DNA of 63,609 nucleotides, counting the filler, from Octopus bimaculoides (lineage: Eukaryota): NCBI RefSeq assembly GCF_001194135.2. It is 7 parts of 6 records of this genome, joined end to end, with 100 filler letters (N's around TTAATTAATTAA, not from the genome) between each part and the next. Parts side by side here need not be neighbours in the genome. Positions count along the whole stretch, not along the records: positions 51,030 to 59,711 come from NC_068982.1; positions 59,812 to 62,466 come from NC_068982.1; positions 62,567 to 63,609 come from NW_026423750.1; 4 more parts are not named here. One strand, written 5' to 3'. The notes under the pieces were generated by a model, which made no database searches, was not told the origin of the DNA, and was given only the letters and a program-made list of their open reading frames with translations. Below, in pieces: positions 51,170 through 63,609 of this stretch (positions are counted from its first letter, which is position 1; each line of letters starts with the position of its first letter). The position numbers were made by a program, and so were the translations under genes.

Positions 51170-51800
51170 ACTTCTACTTTATATGCCAATGAAAATATAT
51201 CCAATGGAATTCGTACTTTAACGCACCACTCAGTAGCAGGATTTACTGGAAAATGTACATAACATAAACAAAATAAACCCCAAAGTACAAGGTTCATTCC
51301 CCTCTTCAACGTACAAGTCCTTTTGCCAATAACTAGAATATTTTCAGTATACTCTAATAACACTCCACTCCAGCTATAAATACCATAAAATAACAAACAA
51401 ATAGAACATATAAATACCATACGCAGAAAGTTCTTTGATCCTGCCCTCTAAACGGAAAGTGTCACACACGTGATATTATCTATAATGCAACTGTGATTAC
51501 GACCACTACACCACGAACTACATCGATATGTATATCAAACCATTTCAAGACAGGATACAACTAATATACACATAACATCCGTAAACCAAACGAGAAAAAT
51601 TACACTTCATTATCCAACGATATAAAACCACTAAAACCAAATAAAACCATTTTTATCACTAACTGGAAATTTCTGTGAAACAGATACCATAACAAAGAAA
51701 AAATATCCTTGCCAGCCCTGCGTCAATGAATCCTACTACATTCTCTAATTTGAATCGAATACTGCCCTGTAACTCGGAATTAGGCTCTTCCTGAAATTAC
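51170..51800 (+). mobile_element. Degraded Penelope-like element C-terminus (possibly Naiad-type GIY-YIG)
   Basis: With frameshifts: YFNAPLS (cf. WFNPPYS), CPLNGKCHTRDIIYNATV (51442-51495), NYIDM (cf. YIG), FKTGYN, TSLSND, NWKFL, CQPCVNE. Clade name is inference. Confidence 0.75.
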
Positions 51801-53404
51801 AATAAGATATAATACAATAAATGTGTGCGTATCTCTGTGTGTGTGCATGTGCGTGTGTGTATGTGCGTGTGTCTGTGTGTTTATAAATGTTGAGACTCAA
51901 ACAGGTGATAATTGAAGTAACACTGGCCTGCTAAGCTCCAATACTTTCAAACGATTTGCAAGCTCATAATGACGAGGTGGAAAAGCAACAGAAATGGTAA
52001 TGTGCAGCAAACAAATTGGCACTACAAACACTCACTATCAGCATCATTTCCTGAAGTGACTTTGATCTTTTGATTAGCTATTCGAACACTCAACCTGATG
52101 GGTGACCATTTGTTTAAGGGAGTTTTGTCTTTACGAATGTGCACCATCAGAGAAGAAATCAACTCGTAGGGTATCTCTGATATTGAACGTTGTCTGAGAG
52201 TTTGAGTGAGCCAGCAGATGTAAAATAAATCATGTAAATAGTAACAAAGTTGCGTTTGCCGATATATCGTGTTGAAGTGGATAAATTGTTCACCGTATAT
52301 TCACTATTAAAATGATGATGCACAAGTTGGTGTCTATTATGTTATTTACTACGTGCATAGACACACACGTATGCATACATACTATCTCGTATATCAAAAT
52401 TTCGTTTTTTAAGATATAATTTAATTTTGATAATCATCTTATACGCCTAAAATTTTATAATACACACTTACATAATTATGGCAAAATATAATTTCCCAAG
52501 ATATATTTTATAATATTGTTAATGTGTAAAAATTGAATTCAAAGTATTTACTTCCCCTTTTGCTCTATTTCTTCATAATGTTTATAAAAAAGTTTTATCA
52601 TAACTTGCTTTTACGTGTTTTCTATTTCAAGTATGTTATTGTTGTTGATCCCATAATTTGTGACGCCAGCAATATAAATAAATAAATACGAAGGAGTATA
52701 TATGCATATGTATACGTATACATACACAGATGTTTCTGTGCGCATATATTGTATATTTGCGGATATAATTATGTAAAAGTGCCTATACATCAGTGTGTGT
52801 TTGGTTTTAGTATATCGCAATTGTTTATGCAGCTATAAGTTTGTTTATGTATAAGTACGTATGCATGTATAATATATATATATATATATANNNNNNNNNN
52901 NNNNNNNNNNNNNNNNNNNNNNNNNNNNNNNNNNNNNNNNNNNNNNNNNNNNNNNNNNNNNNNNNNNNNNNNNNNNNNNNNNNNNNNNNNNNNNNNNNNN
53001 NNNNNNNNNNNNNNNNNNNNNNNNNNNNNNNNNNNNNNNNNNNNNNNNNNNNNNNNNNNNNNNNNNNNNNNNNNNNNNNNNNNNNNNNNNNNNNNNNNNN
53101 NNNNNNNNNNNNNNNNNNNNNNNNNNNNNNNNNNNNNNNNNNNNNNNNNNNNNNNNNNNNNNNNNNNNNNNNNNNNNNNNNNNNNNNNNNNNNNNNNNNN
53201 NNNNNNNNNNNNNNNNNNNNNNNNNNNNNNNNNNNNNNNNNNNNNNNNNNNNNNNNNNNNNNNNNNNNNNNNNNNNNNNNNNNNNNNNNNNNNNNNNNNN
53301 NNNNNNNNNNNNNNNNNNNNNNNNNNNNNNNNNNNNNNNNNNNNNNNNNNNNNNNNNNNNNNNNNNNNNNNNNNNNNNNNNNNNNNNNNNNNNNNNNNNN
53401 NNNN

Positions 53405-53871
53405 NTAAATGAGACAAATGTACGTTTCAAGCATAGCTCCACTCCGAAAACAGGAAGCAACACGAAAGTCGAATACGAAGGAGGAAAAAAAAGTCGCCAA
53501 CAAGCACGTGTTGTGACCGGAAGTAGGAATGAGGTGAAATGCTCTCTGGATCAGGAGAGTGATCTCTAGATCAGGAGAGTGCTTTCTGGATCAGGAGAAT
53601 GCTTTCTGGACAATTGTATGTTGGATGCTCACCTGTTGGACGTTAAAAAAGTATTTTCATTGATAATGTTTATAAAAAAGTTTTATCATAACTTGCTTTT
53701 ACGTGTTTTCTATTTCAAGTATGTTATTGTTGTTGATCCCATAATTTGTGACGCCAGTAATGTTAGAACCAATAATCACAATAATCATTGAGAAAAAAAC
53801 TCCTATATCAAAGTTTGGGATGAAATCTTGTTATTATCTTTAACCCGGGCAACGTTGGGTACTTCTGCTAG
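53405..53871 (+). mobile_element. Non-autonomous Helitron-like element, 3' part (5' end probably in the gap)
   Basis: Hairpin acccgggcaacgttgggt (53843-53860), then CTAG (53868-53871) followed by T; internal ~20-bp repeats tgctctctggatcaggagag x3-4 at ~53541-53610. Confidence 0.65.
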
Positions 53872-53899
53872 TATGTATAAGCAAAGACAAAAAAGTATA

Positions 53900-56570
53900 T
53901 ACAAGCTAAAGCATAAAAAAGAAAAAGGAGAGGAAGGAAAGGGAAACGAAAAAAATGAAACTACCAAAACTAAAACCAAAACCCAAAGCCACTAAACAAA
54001 AAAAAACCCCCAAAAACAACTCAAATATGGAGGCCCGAATGGAATACCCAACTCTGGATGAGAGAAAAAATTTGGAGTGAAGACGAAGACGTGCAAATTT
54101 TACCTGCAAAGCAAATGCTGGCATGGGGAGAGACGGTACAAACTGTCGGTTTGCTCACTCAAGACCCTGCCAAAACTGTACGGGCCTTAAGGAGAAGTAC
54201 TTTCCAGACGCGTGGCACCAAGCGTCTCCAAAGAGGAAGTTTGCAGATGCAGTGCGCTCTTCAGATGTATGCGAAAGGCAGCAGCTGACCTGACTACATC
54301 AAGCGCAAACGCGGAACCTTGCTCCCCACTGCGCAAAATCGCTACAATCAACAGATACAAGTTGGCCTCCTCTAACGCCAGCACAGTCGTCACGCCAATA
54401 TTTTTACTAAATATTGGAGAACTATTGCATTACAACAACTAAAACAAAATCTTTTTTCCTGGATGGCCTTGCTGTATGCAATCAAGCCCTATGAATAGCA
54501 CTTGTTGAAACTCATCCTACACCCGATATAGAGGATGCAGGAGTGTACGCGCCAAAATATACCATACTGCGAACAGACAGATTGGAAAGGAGCCATGGCA
54601 AAGTTGCTGTATACATCCGTGAGGACCTCACGCCCCAGATCCTACTATCATTCTGAAATTCAGTATGTGGCCCTCACGTTGCATACATGACACAACACAA
54701 TATGGTCATATGCAATATATATCGCCCACCGGATATTGCAAACAACACAGGTAAGATTGCAGATTGCTTCACAAGAAGAAAAGAAACACTCATGAAACTG
54801 GAACATCGCGTAAGTGTGTTTACTATGGGTGATTTCAACTTGCCCAGTGTCAAATGGCCCGAGGACCTCATGCTCTCAGGAATGACTCATTCCAAACAAG
54901 TACAGGTGGAGTCCCTGCTAAACCTCCCAATGCCCTATTCCTGGAGGAAATTGTGCTCTGACCAAGCTAGGCGAATAACTACAACGTATTGGATCTCTGC
55001 TTCACAAACAATATGGACATCGTTGGTTTTGGATCACAATATAATAGAGTTCTCTATATATGAAGCAAAAGTAGGCAGAGACTTACAGTCTAAAGGAAGC
55101 ACCCAAAATCTCTCCCATCCGAACTTCTACAAAGCAGACTGAAAATTGATCCAAAAAGAGATCCGCTGACAGGACTAACCGAAATGTCTCTCCACCCCAG
55201 ACATTGGCATGAAACTAGAATATTTGATGTCTGTTATGCAAACCATATTCCAGAAATACGCCCTAGAGCACAGAGCAATTAAAAAAGGAACAAGATTCCA
55301 GGGGAGAGGAAGAACGTCATGAGAAGACGGACGAAGGTTGCAAATCGCTTCAACCGACATCTCAAAAGTAGAGAAAGGTCTCGGCTGAAAATAACACTGA
55401 TGGAGATTGTAGTGGCCAATGGAGCCACCGCAAAGAAAACACAAATAGTGAGTGGTGTTCCACGGGGCACTGTCTTGGAACCAATGTTCTTCACAGCGGC
55501 ACTCTGATATGCCGTCAGCTGTCCAGTTAGCCACCCTTGCTAGCTACGCAGACAATACGAAAGTGTCTCATAAAACACAAAACCCTAGCGATGATGAACG
55601 CCTGCAGTATGAGTCGGACGCAATTTACAGATGGGCTGAGGACAATATTATGCAGTTTAATGCTGGAAAATTCCAAGCTCTGCGCTACCGGCGCCCGAAC
55701 GTAAATGAAAAACTTACTGGTACACCTGCCCAAAGGGGATTACAATCCCAGAACCAAAGCCAGTGCAGGAACTGGGTATTGATATGAGTCATGATATCTC
55801 TTTACAAGTAGACATTACGAAGATGTTGAAAAAGTGCAGATGACTGGCTGGCTGAATCCTGAGAACCTTCAGAACCAGAGAGAAGGAAACCATGATGATC
55901 TTTTGGAGGACATTCATCCTCAGCCGCCTTGACTGCTTCTCCCAACAATAGGTGACTCCACAGTGTAAAATTAATAGTGGACCTTGTAGCAATCCGGTGA
56001 AGTTTCACAAAGAAGATCATCTCATTGCAACAGCTCAGCAATTTGGAAAGGCGGAAAGCTGGAGCGAAAGCTGGAGCGAAAGCTGGAGCGAAAGCTGGAG
56101 CGAAAGCTGGAGCGAAAGCTGGAGCAAAAGCAGGAGAGATATGCAGTAATATATATCTGGAAGACCCTGAAAGGGATTGTACCAAATTTGGGGATTGAAA
56201 GGTACGTAAGTGCCACAACCAGTCGTCACTGCACAGTGCCAAAGGTCCCAACTATGTCGTTGCGTTTCAGGATTAGTTACTTCAACAACCTGGGTTTCAA
56301 GTGCGAGCAGCTTTTTAATATTCTCCCCAAAAACCTGAGGAATCTACACAAAGTGGATGTAGATATTTCCAAAGCAAAACTGGATCTCTTCCTGTCTAGA
56401 GTCCCAGATGAAATCACCTCAAGACCGGAGGCGCAAATGATGGTAGCGACCTCAAAATCCCTTATTCAACATATCAGAGAAGGCTTTCAGTAATAACACT
56501 GTAGCAAAACGGCAGTGTCCCAGCATGGACACAACTTTCAACTGAAACTGATAAAATAGAAAAATAAAAC
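53900..56570 (+). mobile_element. CR1-group LINE, near full length but internally deleted and frameshifted (ORF1 CCCH finger, APE, RT C-half, 3' tail)
   Basis: ORF1 TCKFYLQSKCWHGE..GTNCRFAH (~54090-54160, one frameshift). APE: YTILRTDR..HGKVAVYIREDL, CNIYRPP, TMGDFNLPSVKW. RT: SGVPRGTVLEP, SYADNTKV, LQYESDAIYRWAEDNIMQFNAGKF. C-terminus QERYAVIYIWK, LFNILPKNLRNL..KAKLDLFLSRVPDE. Confidence 0.9.
56054..56125. repeat. 12-bp perfect tandem repeat (GAAAGCTGGAGC)x6 inside the CR1 ORF2
   Basis: Seen directly. Confidence 0.95.
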
Positions 56571-56655
56571 AAAAAATATATATAAATATATGTGTGTATA
56601 CAATATATAAGTATATATATATATAGATAGATATATATATATATACATAGATATA

Positions 56656-56702
<47 letters not shown>

Positions 56703-57299
56703 TTATATATNNNNNNNNNNNNNNNNNNNNNNNNNNNNNNNNNNNNNNNNNNNNNNNNNNNNNNNNNNNNNNNNNNNNNNNNNNNNNNNNNNNNNNNNNN
56801 NNNNNNNNNNNNNNNNNNNNNNNNNNNNNNNNNNNNNNNNNNNNNNNNNNNNNNNNNNNNNNNNNNNNNNNNNNNNNNNNNNNNNNNNNNNNNNNNNNNN
56901 NNNNNNNNNNNNNNNNNNNNNNNNNNNNNNNNNNNNNNNNNNNNNNNNNNNNNNNNNNNNNNNNNNNNNNNNNNNNNNNNNNNNNNNNNNNNNNNNNNNN
57001 NNNNNNNNNNNNNNNNNNNNNNNNNNNNNNNNNNNNNNNNNNNNNNNNNNNNNNNNNNNNNNNNNNNNNNNNNNNNNNNNNNNNNNNNNNNNNNNNNNNN
57101 NNNNNNNNNNNNNNNNNNNNNNNNNNNNNNNNNNNNNNNNNNNNNNNNNNNNNNNNNNNNNNNNNNNNNNNNNNNNNNNNNNNNNNNNNNNNNNNNNNNN
57201 NNNNNNNNNNNNNNNNNNNNNNNNNNNNNNNNNNNNNNNNNNNNNNNNNNNNNNNNNNNNNNNNNNNNNNNNNNNNNNNNNNNNNNNNNNNNNNNNNNN

Positions 57300-57353
<54 letters not shown>

Positions 57354-57649
57354 GAAATAGGTTTCAAGGAGAAAAGAGACCACACGTGGTATAGAAATGG
57401 GGAAAGTAAAACGAAAAAAAGCGAAAATGCACATTGTATATAAAAAAAAATTAATTAAGGCTTTTTTAATGAAAAGTAACGGTAAATATATACAATTAGA
57501 TGTACTGAGGTAGAATTAAGAGGAATAAAAGTCACTATTTTAAAATTGTTAAAGAGATTCAAAGTAATACCGGTGTCGTCAAAAGCTGTTCACTGGCTTT
57601 GAAGTAGCACCGATTTCCAAACGGTGTCGGGTCTACTATCCCCGAGTAA

Positions 57650-58210
57650 AAAGGTTATATACAAGGGAGGTAAGCATTTCTGGAAGTGGTGCAATTTGGA
57701 TAGATATAATACTGTAATATGAATTGTTTATGGCATGTATGGAAATTATTGGTATTGTTGGTCAGGTTAGTAGTGTTCTGTATTATGTTATGTATTGATG
57801 CTGAGTTGTGGATGATATTTATTGATGAAAGTTGCCTCTTTATTCATTCTTTGCTGTACTGTGTTGTTCTGTGAACATTGATAGAAAGGGGAAATTAGGA
57901 AGTTAGGATTAAAGTTCCTAACACATCTTTGTATGTGTTCACTGACCTGTATCTTCTGTATTGTGGGTAGCGGATTGGTTCTTTGTGAAGAGTTGTTCTT
58001 CGACGAAATGACTTTCCTGTTTGGCCAATATATTGATTGTATGTATGTATGTCAACCCTAATTGTTTTTATCTGCATTATTACCTCCATATCAGCTGGTT
58101 TGGGATTTCTCTTTTAGCCACTTGTGACGTTGTGGGCCTTGGCCCCGATGTAGAACCCGAAGTTTCTGTTCAAATTCATTTTAACTCTACTATGCGATTT
58201 CTAAACTGAA
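57650..58210 (-). mobile_element. Degraded Penelope-like GIY-YIG remnant
   Basis: ORF 57895-58089 contains QYIGQTGKSFRRRTTLHKE (YIGxT...RxxxH). Confidence 0.7.
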
Positions 58211-58962
58211 CGTATCTAACTCGCTCCTGTATATATAGTTTTATGGTGTTCTACCGATCTGTTCCAATATAATGTATAATAAATATAGTTACAGTAATAA
58301 TAATCCATGGAGGGAATTTATAGACATTTTACTGCATCGCTATGCGCGATTATGTCAACATGAAAGCAAGGCATCATTCCTAGATTTCGAAAAACACTAA
58401 CTGTCACTAGCATTTCATCAGAACACAAAAAAGATCATAACAATCAACTAAACAAAATAATCATTGTTTTCCTATGTTATATGCTATATCATTGTACCAC
58501 CAAAAGCAATTAAAAGGACACTTTAAGAGAATAGCATTTGTCAACTCAGACAATGTCTAGAACACAATAGCAGTACATTCTAATGAGGAAGCACCTGCTG
58601 TGACTTAGGTGAAACCAATGAAAGATACTAACTACCCCGACATCTGCATACACTAATATCGAAACAAGTCTAATATCAACACACACACACCTCCCTCTCC
58701 TTTACCGTCACGATTCCTTTCTCTCTCCTTCTACACTTCCCCACCAAAACACACAGAACTGCCTACATATCTCAGCCAGCGTTAATGCCATATCGTCTAA
58801 GGAAATGAATGCATGAATTACGATCCACCCCATGTACATGGATACTACGGACTGTACCGTAATCACCGCAGGAACACGGATTATGATCGTAAGAAACGTA
58901 TGATTTGTGGAACTGCACGTAGCGATGCATTAAAATATTTATAAATTCCATCCATAGATTAT

Positions 58963-59033
<71 letters not shown>

Positions 59034-59349
59034 TGCGTGCGTGTGTATGATGTTTATATGTTAGTAAGAAAAGTTAGTGTTGCATATTGTGGTAATAATA
59101 GAAACAAGGGTTCTATAAATTTCATGTTATATCAAAATATAAATTTGAATTCCCAAAATGTGCTACCCAATGACAGGCGGATTAGGACTATGCCTAGGAC
59201 GTAATTCAATAAAATTGTTACATAGATCACTGTTCCTATAGATCTACATACAAATACACTTCTCTCTTTATGTATACATACATACATACATATAAATATA
59301 TATATATATATTGTGGTAATAATAGAAACAAGGGTTCTATAAATTTCAT

Positions 59350-59711
59350 AATAAGAAATATAAGATAGTTCCAGATAATACTTTAAATTTGATTAATAAG
59401 GCCTCTAAATTAATAATGTTTAAATACGAACTTGATAGTAAGACAGAACCTTATGTACCGATGCACCCTAGAATTACTTTAAAAGACCATAAAGATAATT
59501 TTTATTCTGACCCTAAAGTTAGGCTTATTTGTCCTTGTAAGTCAGATCTAGGTAAATTAAGTAAAATAATTTTAGATAAATATATTAACAAATTAAATGG
59601 AATTAATTATCTTAAGTTATGGAATTCCACAGTAGATACTTTAAATTGGTTTAATAGTATTAATGATAAATATAGGTATAAATTTATTCAAATTGATATT
59701 GACAATTATTA
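59350..59711 (+). mobile_element. Penelope-like reverse transcriptase N-terminal fragment (possibly Naiad-type), running into a gap
   Basis: RITLKDHKDNFYSDPKVRLICPCKSDLGKLSKIILD...LWNSTVDTLNWFNSI..KFIQIDIDNY (TLKDHK, RLIxPxKS, DIxx(F)Y). Confidence 0.85.
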
Positions 59712-59872
59712 NNNNNNNNNNNNNNNNNNNNNNNNNNNNNNNNNNNNNNNNNNNNTTAATTAATTAANNNNNNNNNNNNNNNNNNNNNNNNNNNNNNNNN
59801 NNNNNNNNNNNTATATATATATATATATATATATAGATATATATATAGATATATAGATAGATAGATAAATAG

Positions 59873-59903
<31 letters not shown>

Positions 59904-59920
59904 GATAGATAGATAGATAT

Positions 59921-59957
<37 letters not shown>

Positions 59958-60921
59958 CACACCCACACATACATAGAGCGTGTTGGTAGAATAGTGCAGA
60001 AACCAAGGCAGGCGGCCCGTTACAAGGCGACTGAACTAGGCTGTTTGGCTGTTGTTTAGTCTCCACAGAGCTGTGGAGACTAAAGTTACTGATGCGGTAA
60101 AGCAAAGGGAAAGGCCAAAAATTCCATAACTGAAGCTTCAGGGAATACCAGGAGATGACTTCGGTTGAAGAGTGCTGACCAGTGGTTTGCTCTCATTGGG
60201 ATGCAAACTGGCACTTGATGAACCAATTCTGTTTTCATTGGGTGAGGGTAGGTTAAGCTGAAAGTGCCGAAACCTCTGAACATCACTGGTGATGCACCTT
60301 AAAGTATCCCTGAGGTGAATCTTGGAACAGAAAAGAAACATTAATACGCTATAATGATCGATATATTTGGTAGATTAGATAGATCTAGTTATTATATCAG
60401 TATTTGATAGTCTACTCTACGTTTAACTCCCCGGGTTATGGGGTTGAATACATATACATAACTTTAGTACTTTGTTTCTTTCCTTTCCTTTATATTTATG
60501 GCGCATTTGCCATTCCTCCCTTCCAGTTGCTATGCAATGTCTGAAACGCAAGAAAAAGATAAATAAAACAATGTCATCAACCTGTGCCTATACAACCAAA
60601 GGAATATCGAAAAACATTTGGTTAACTGCCGGGTTAAACACCTTCTACTACTTGCTATTTGTTTACTATATATTCTCATTACAAATACAGAAGATTCAGC
60701 TTTTGTTTTTCGTCTCTATGTGCTCCATAAAATACGTAACATATGTATAAGTCAATTCAGTGAATAGTTAAATATAAATGCTGTATATAAGATCAAAGTG
60801 ACTACAAGCTGTATAACATTCGTTTCAGTTGTGTAATGTGTTTTGTGCTTGCATGTGACACCTATCTCGTAAGAGTTAGCATTTAAACGACTTTCAACCC
60901 TATCTTTTTATCTCTCTATTT

Positions 60922-60973
<52 letters not shown>

Positions 60974-61132
60974 TCTATCTATCTATCTGTCTGTCTATCT
61001 CTCTGTTGATACATGCACACATAATACTGTTTCATACATAAAACATGCATATGCTTGTGTGATAGTGTAAATTATATTTTGCATACTGTATAACTTCTTC
61101 AAGTTATTGATAAGTAATTAATTAATTTGCTA

Positions 61133-61197
<65 letters not shown>

Positions 61198-61453
61198 NNN
61201 NNNNNNNNNNNNNNNNNNNNNNNNNNNNNNNNNNNNNNNNNNNNNNNNNNNNNNNNNNNNNNNNNNNNNNNNNNNNNNNNNNNNNNNNNNNNNNNNNNNN
61301 NNNNNNNNNNNNNNNNNNNNNNNNNNNNNNNNNNNNNNNNNNNNNNNNNNNNNNNNNNNNNNNNNNNNNNNNNNNNNNNNNNNNNNNNNNNNNNNNNNNN
61401 NNNNNNNNNNNNNNNNNNNNNNNNNNNNNNNNNNNNNNNNNNNNNNNNNNNNN

Positions 61454-61526
<73 letters not shown>

Positions 61527-61748
61527 CGCATACATATATATATATACACAAACCGAAGAACGAAACTACTGTAAATGGCATCACAAAGGTACACACTCTG
61601 ATAGTAGGTCATGTTTACAAAAGGTAATAGAGCAATTGAGAAGGATTGGCAAGGAAAAATACGATGACGACATGCTTGAAGAGCAAGTGAAGAGATAAGG
61701 TATCATTTGTTAAAAAGAACGTAGGCAAGAGTACTCACTATAAACCAC

Positions 61749-61784
<36 letters not shown>

Positions 61785-61811
61785 GAAGAAGAAGAAGAAG
61801 AAGAAGAAGAA

Positions 61812-61930
61812 TATGTGCTAGGTGTACCCTTATTAGATGGGTAGTCATAATGGGTATATTGGGCGTCGTATATTTTTATCCCAGTGTCACTTTGATGGCA
61901 CGCACTGCTCTCTCACTCAATAATAATAAT
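61812..61930 (+). mobile_element. Family X 3' fragment flanked by (AAT)n/(AAG)n on the left and (AAT)n on the right
   Basis: ggtgtacccttattagatgggtagtcat...gtcactttgatggcacgcactgctctctcactcaataataat. Confidence 0.8.
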
Positions 61931-62384
61931 ATTAATTATTATTATGATTATTATAAATAAATAAATAAATAAAACATGGCAGACATCGAAGAGTACCAAA
62001 GAGAGAAACATAAGGAAGATTGAATGGATGTTTAACTATGAAAAATGAAAGGTAGTATAAAGGAAAGGAGAAAAGAGAAGGATAATGGCAGGAAGACAGA
62101 GGTGTAATATTTTACATTGTCCGTTGTGAAGAGGGAGATAAAAGGGATAGACTGAAAGTTATAATTGCTTTTGACGTTTCCACTTTAAAGAAAGTACAAA
62201 GATGCTGATATTTGTTGGAGTCGTATTTAGATGTGAACACACGTACGCTTCGCTAATGAGAGCTAACATAGTTACGTGCAAATATACAGACATCAGTAGA
62301 TATGCATTCATTGATAATTATTTTCGGCTAATTTATTCCGTACTAAAATTATATCTCACTACTTATGTCAGGTACAGTGACTAT

Positions 62385-62420
<36 letters not shown>

Positions 62421-63053
62421 GCACACACACACACATACACACACAAACACACACACACACACACACNNNNNNNNNNNNNNNNNNNNNNNNNNNNNNNNNN
62501 NNNNNNNNNNTTAATTAATTAANNNNNNNNNNNNNNNNNNNNNNNNNNNNNNNNNNNNNNNNNNNNACGTCACCAAACGTAAACAACATGAAATACGAAA
62601 ACAAAGTTGGATACGCAAACAACGAGAGAAACGTATGGAAAGCAAGACAAGTAACATACAGGACGACTCTTCATCATTTGTCAGCTGTCCATCTACTCCT
62701 CATTTCGATATATAATTATATATATATATGTTGAGAGAGAGAGAGAGAGAGAGAGGCAGACAGTCAGGCAGACAGTCAGGCAGACAGTCAGGCAGACAGA
62801 CAGTCAGGCAGACAGACAGACAGACAGAGATACGCATACGTATATATATATAATGTACCTATCCATATATACATAGATACACATATATAAATATACATGC
62901 CTATATGTGTGTGAGTGTATATGTGTTTGTGTGTGTGTTGTATAAAAGCAGACGAGGGAGCCAAAGCAGTGTGTATGAGCCTGTTGCGTTCTTGAACAAA
63001 GATATGTATATAAACATGTTTGCGCGCGCGCGCGTGCACACACACACACACAT

Positions 63054-63109
<56 letters not shown>

Positions 63110-63609
63110 ATCTTATACACATAAGTCTACGCGTTCAGAAACTCATTTGACAAATGAGAAATTAAATAGTGCCCGAAAATATCTACATGAGTCATTATAT
63201 ATATGTTTGCATACCACAAAACTCAAGGATATATATAAGTATATATAAGTATATATAAGTATGTGTATGTCCGAGATATACAAGAAGCATATCTCCGTGC
63301 GTATATGTGGGAGGTGAAACCCAACATAAAAAGAAATGAAGCGTGATACAAGAGAAAAATTCTCAAGTGATTGAAGATAAATTCTGGATTAAATATTCGT
63401 TAATTCGTTGACTTTCATTTCTACTCTGTATTAGCTATATTCTGTGCAATTTCTCTACCATGTCTCTACTTCTTGACATGTAGGTTTTATGTTTTCTTTC
63501 TCTTTTCCAATCTTCGCTCCAGTCACCTCTCTTCTTCCATACCCACTGTCTATTACTTTTACCATATATTTTATTAAAAAAAGAAATACATACATACATA
63601 TATATATAT

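Overview
Gappy, AT-rich, repeat-dominated metazoan DNA. The tRNA-derived SINE families, TTAGGG-type repeat and extreme microsatellite load point to an octopus, probably an Octopus draft assembly (inference, not database-checked). I found no intact host gene, rRNA, true tRNA or CRISPR array. Almost all ORFs in the supplied track are translations of microsatellites, N gaps or a satellite. Supportable content: (i) four tRNA-headed SINE families (about 17 copies or fragments); (ii) many 5'-truncated R4/Dong-like RLE non-LTR retrotransposons in two sub-families, associated with (CATA)n and (TAA)n microsatellites; (iii) several Penelope-like element (PLE) remnants (GIY-YIG, RT) plus hammerhead-ribozyme-like motifs; (iv) one near full-length, internally deleted CR1-group LINE whose 3' tail matches the tail of the commonest SINE; (v) DNA transposon remnants: a mariner with ~205-bp TIRs nested inside a SINE, a rosa/DD41D-like Tc1/mariner, a Tigger/pogo, a hAT MITE and a Helitron 3' end; (vi) a ~3.5-kb 21-bp satellite with higher-order structure. 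The most interesting items are a solo minimal hammerhead motif at 21101-21140 (-), the SINE/LINE shared tail, the apparent microsatellite targeting, and repeated 5'-junction duplications of truncated RLE elements. All alignments and counts were done by eye.
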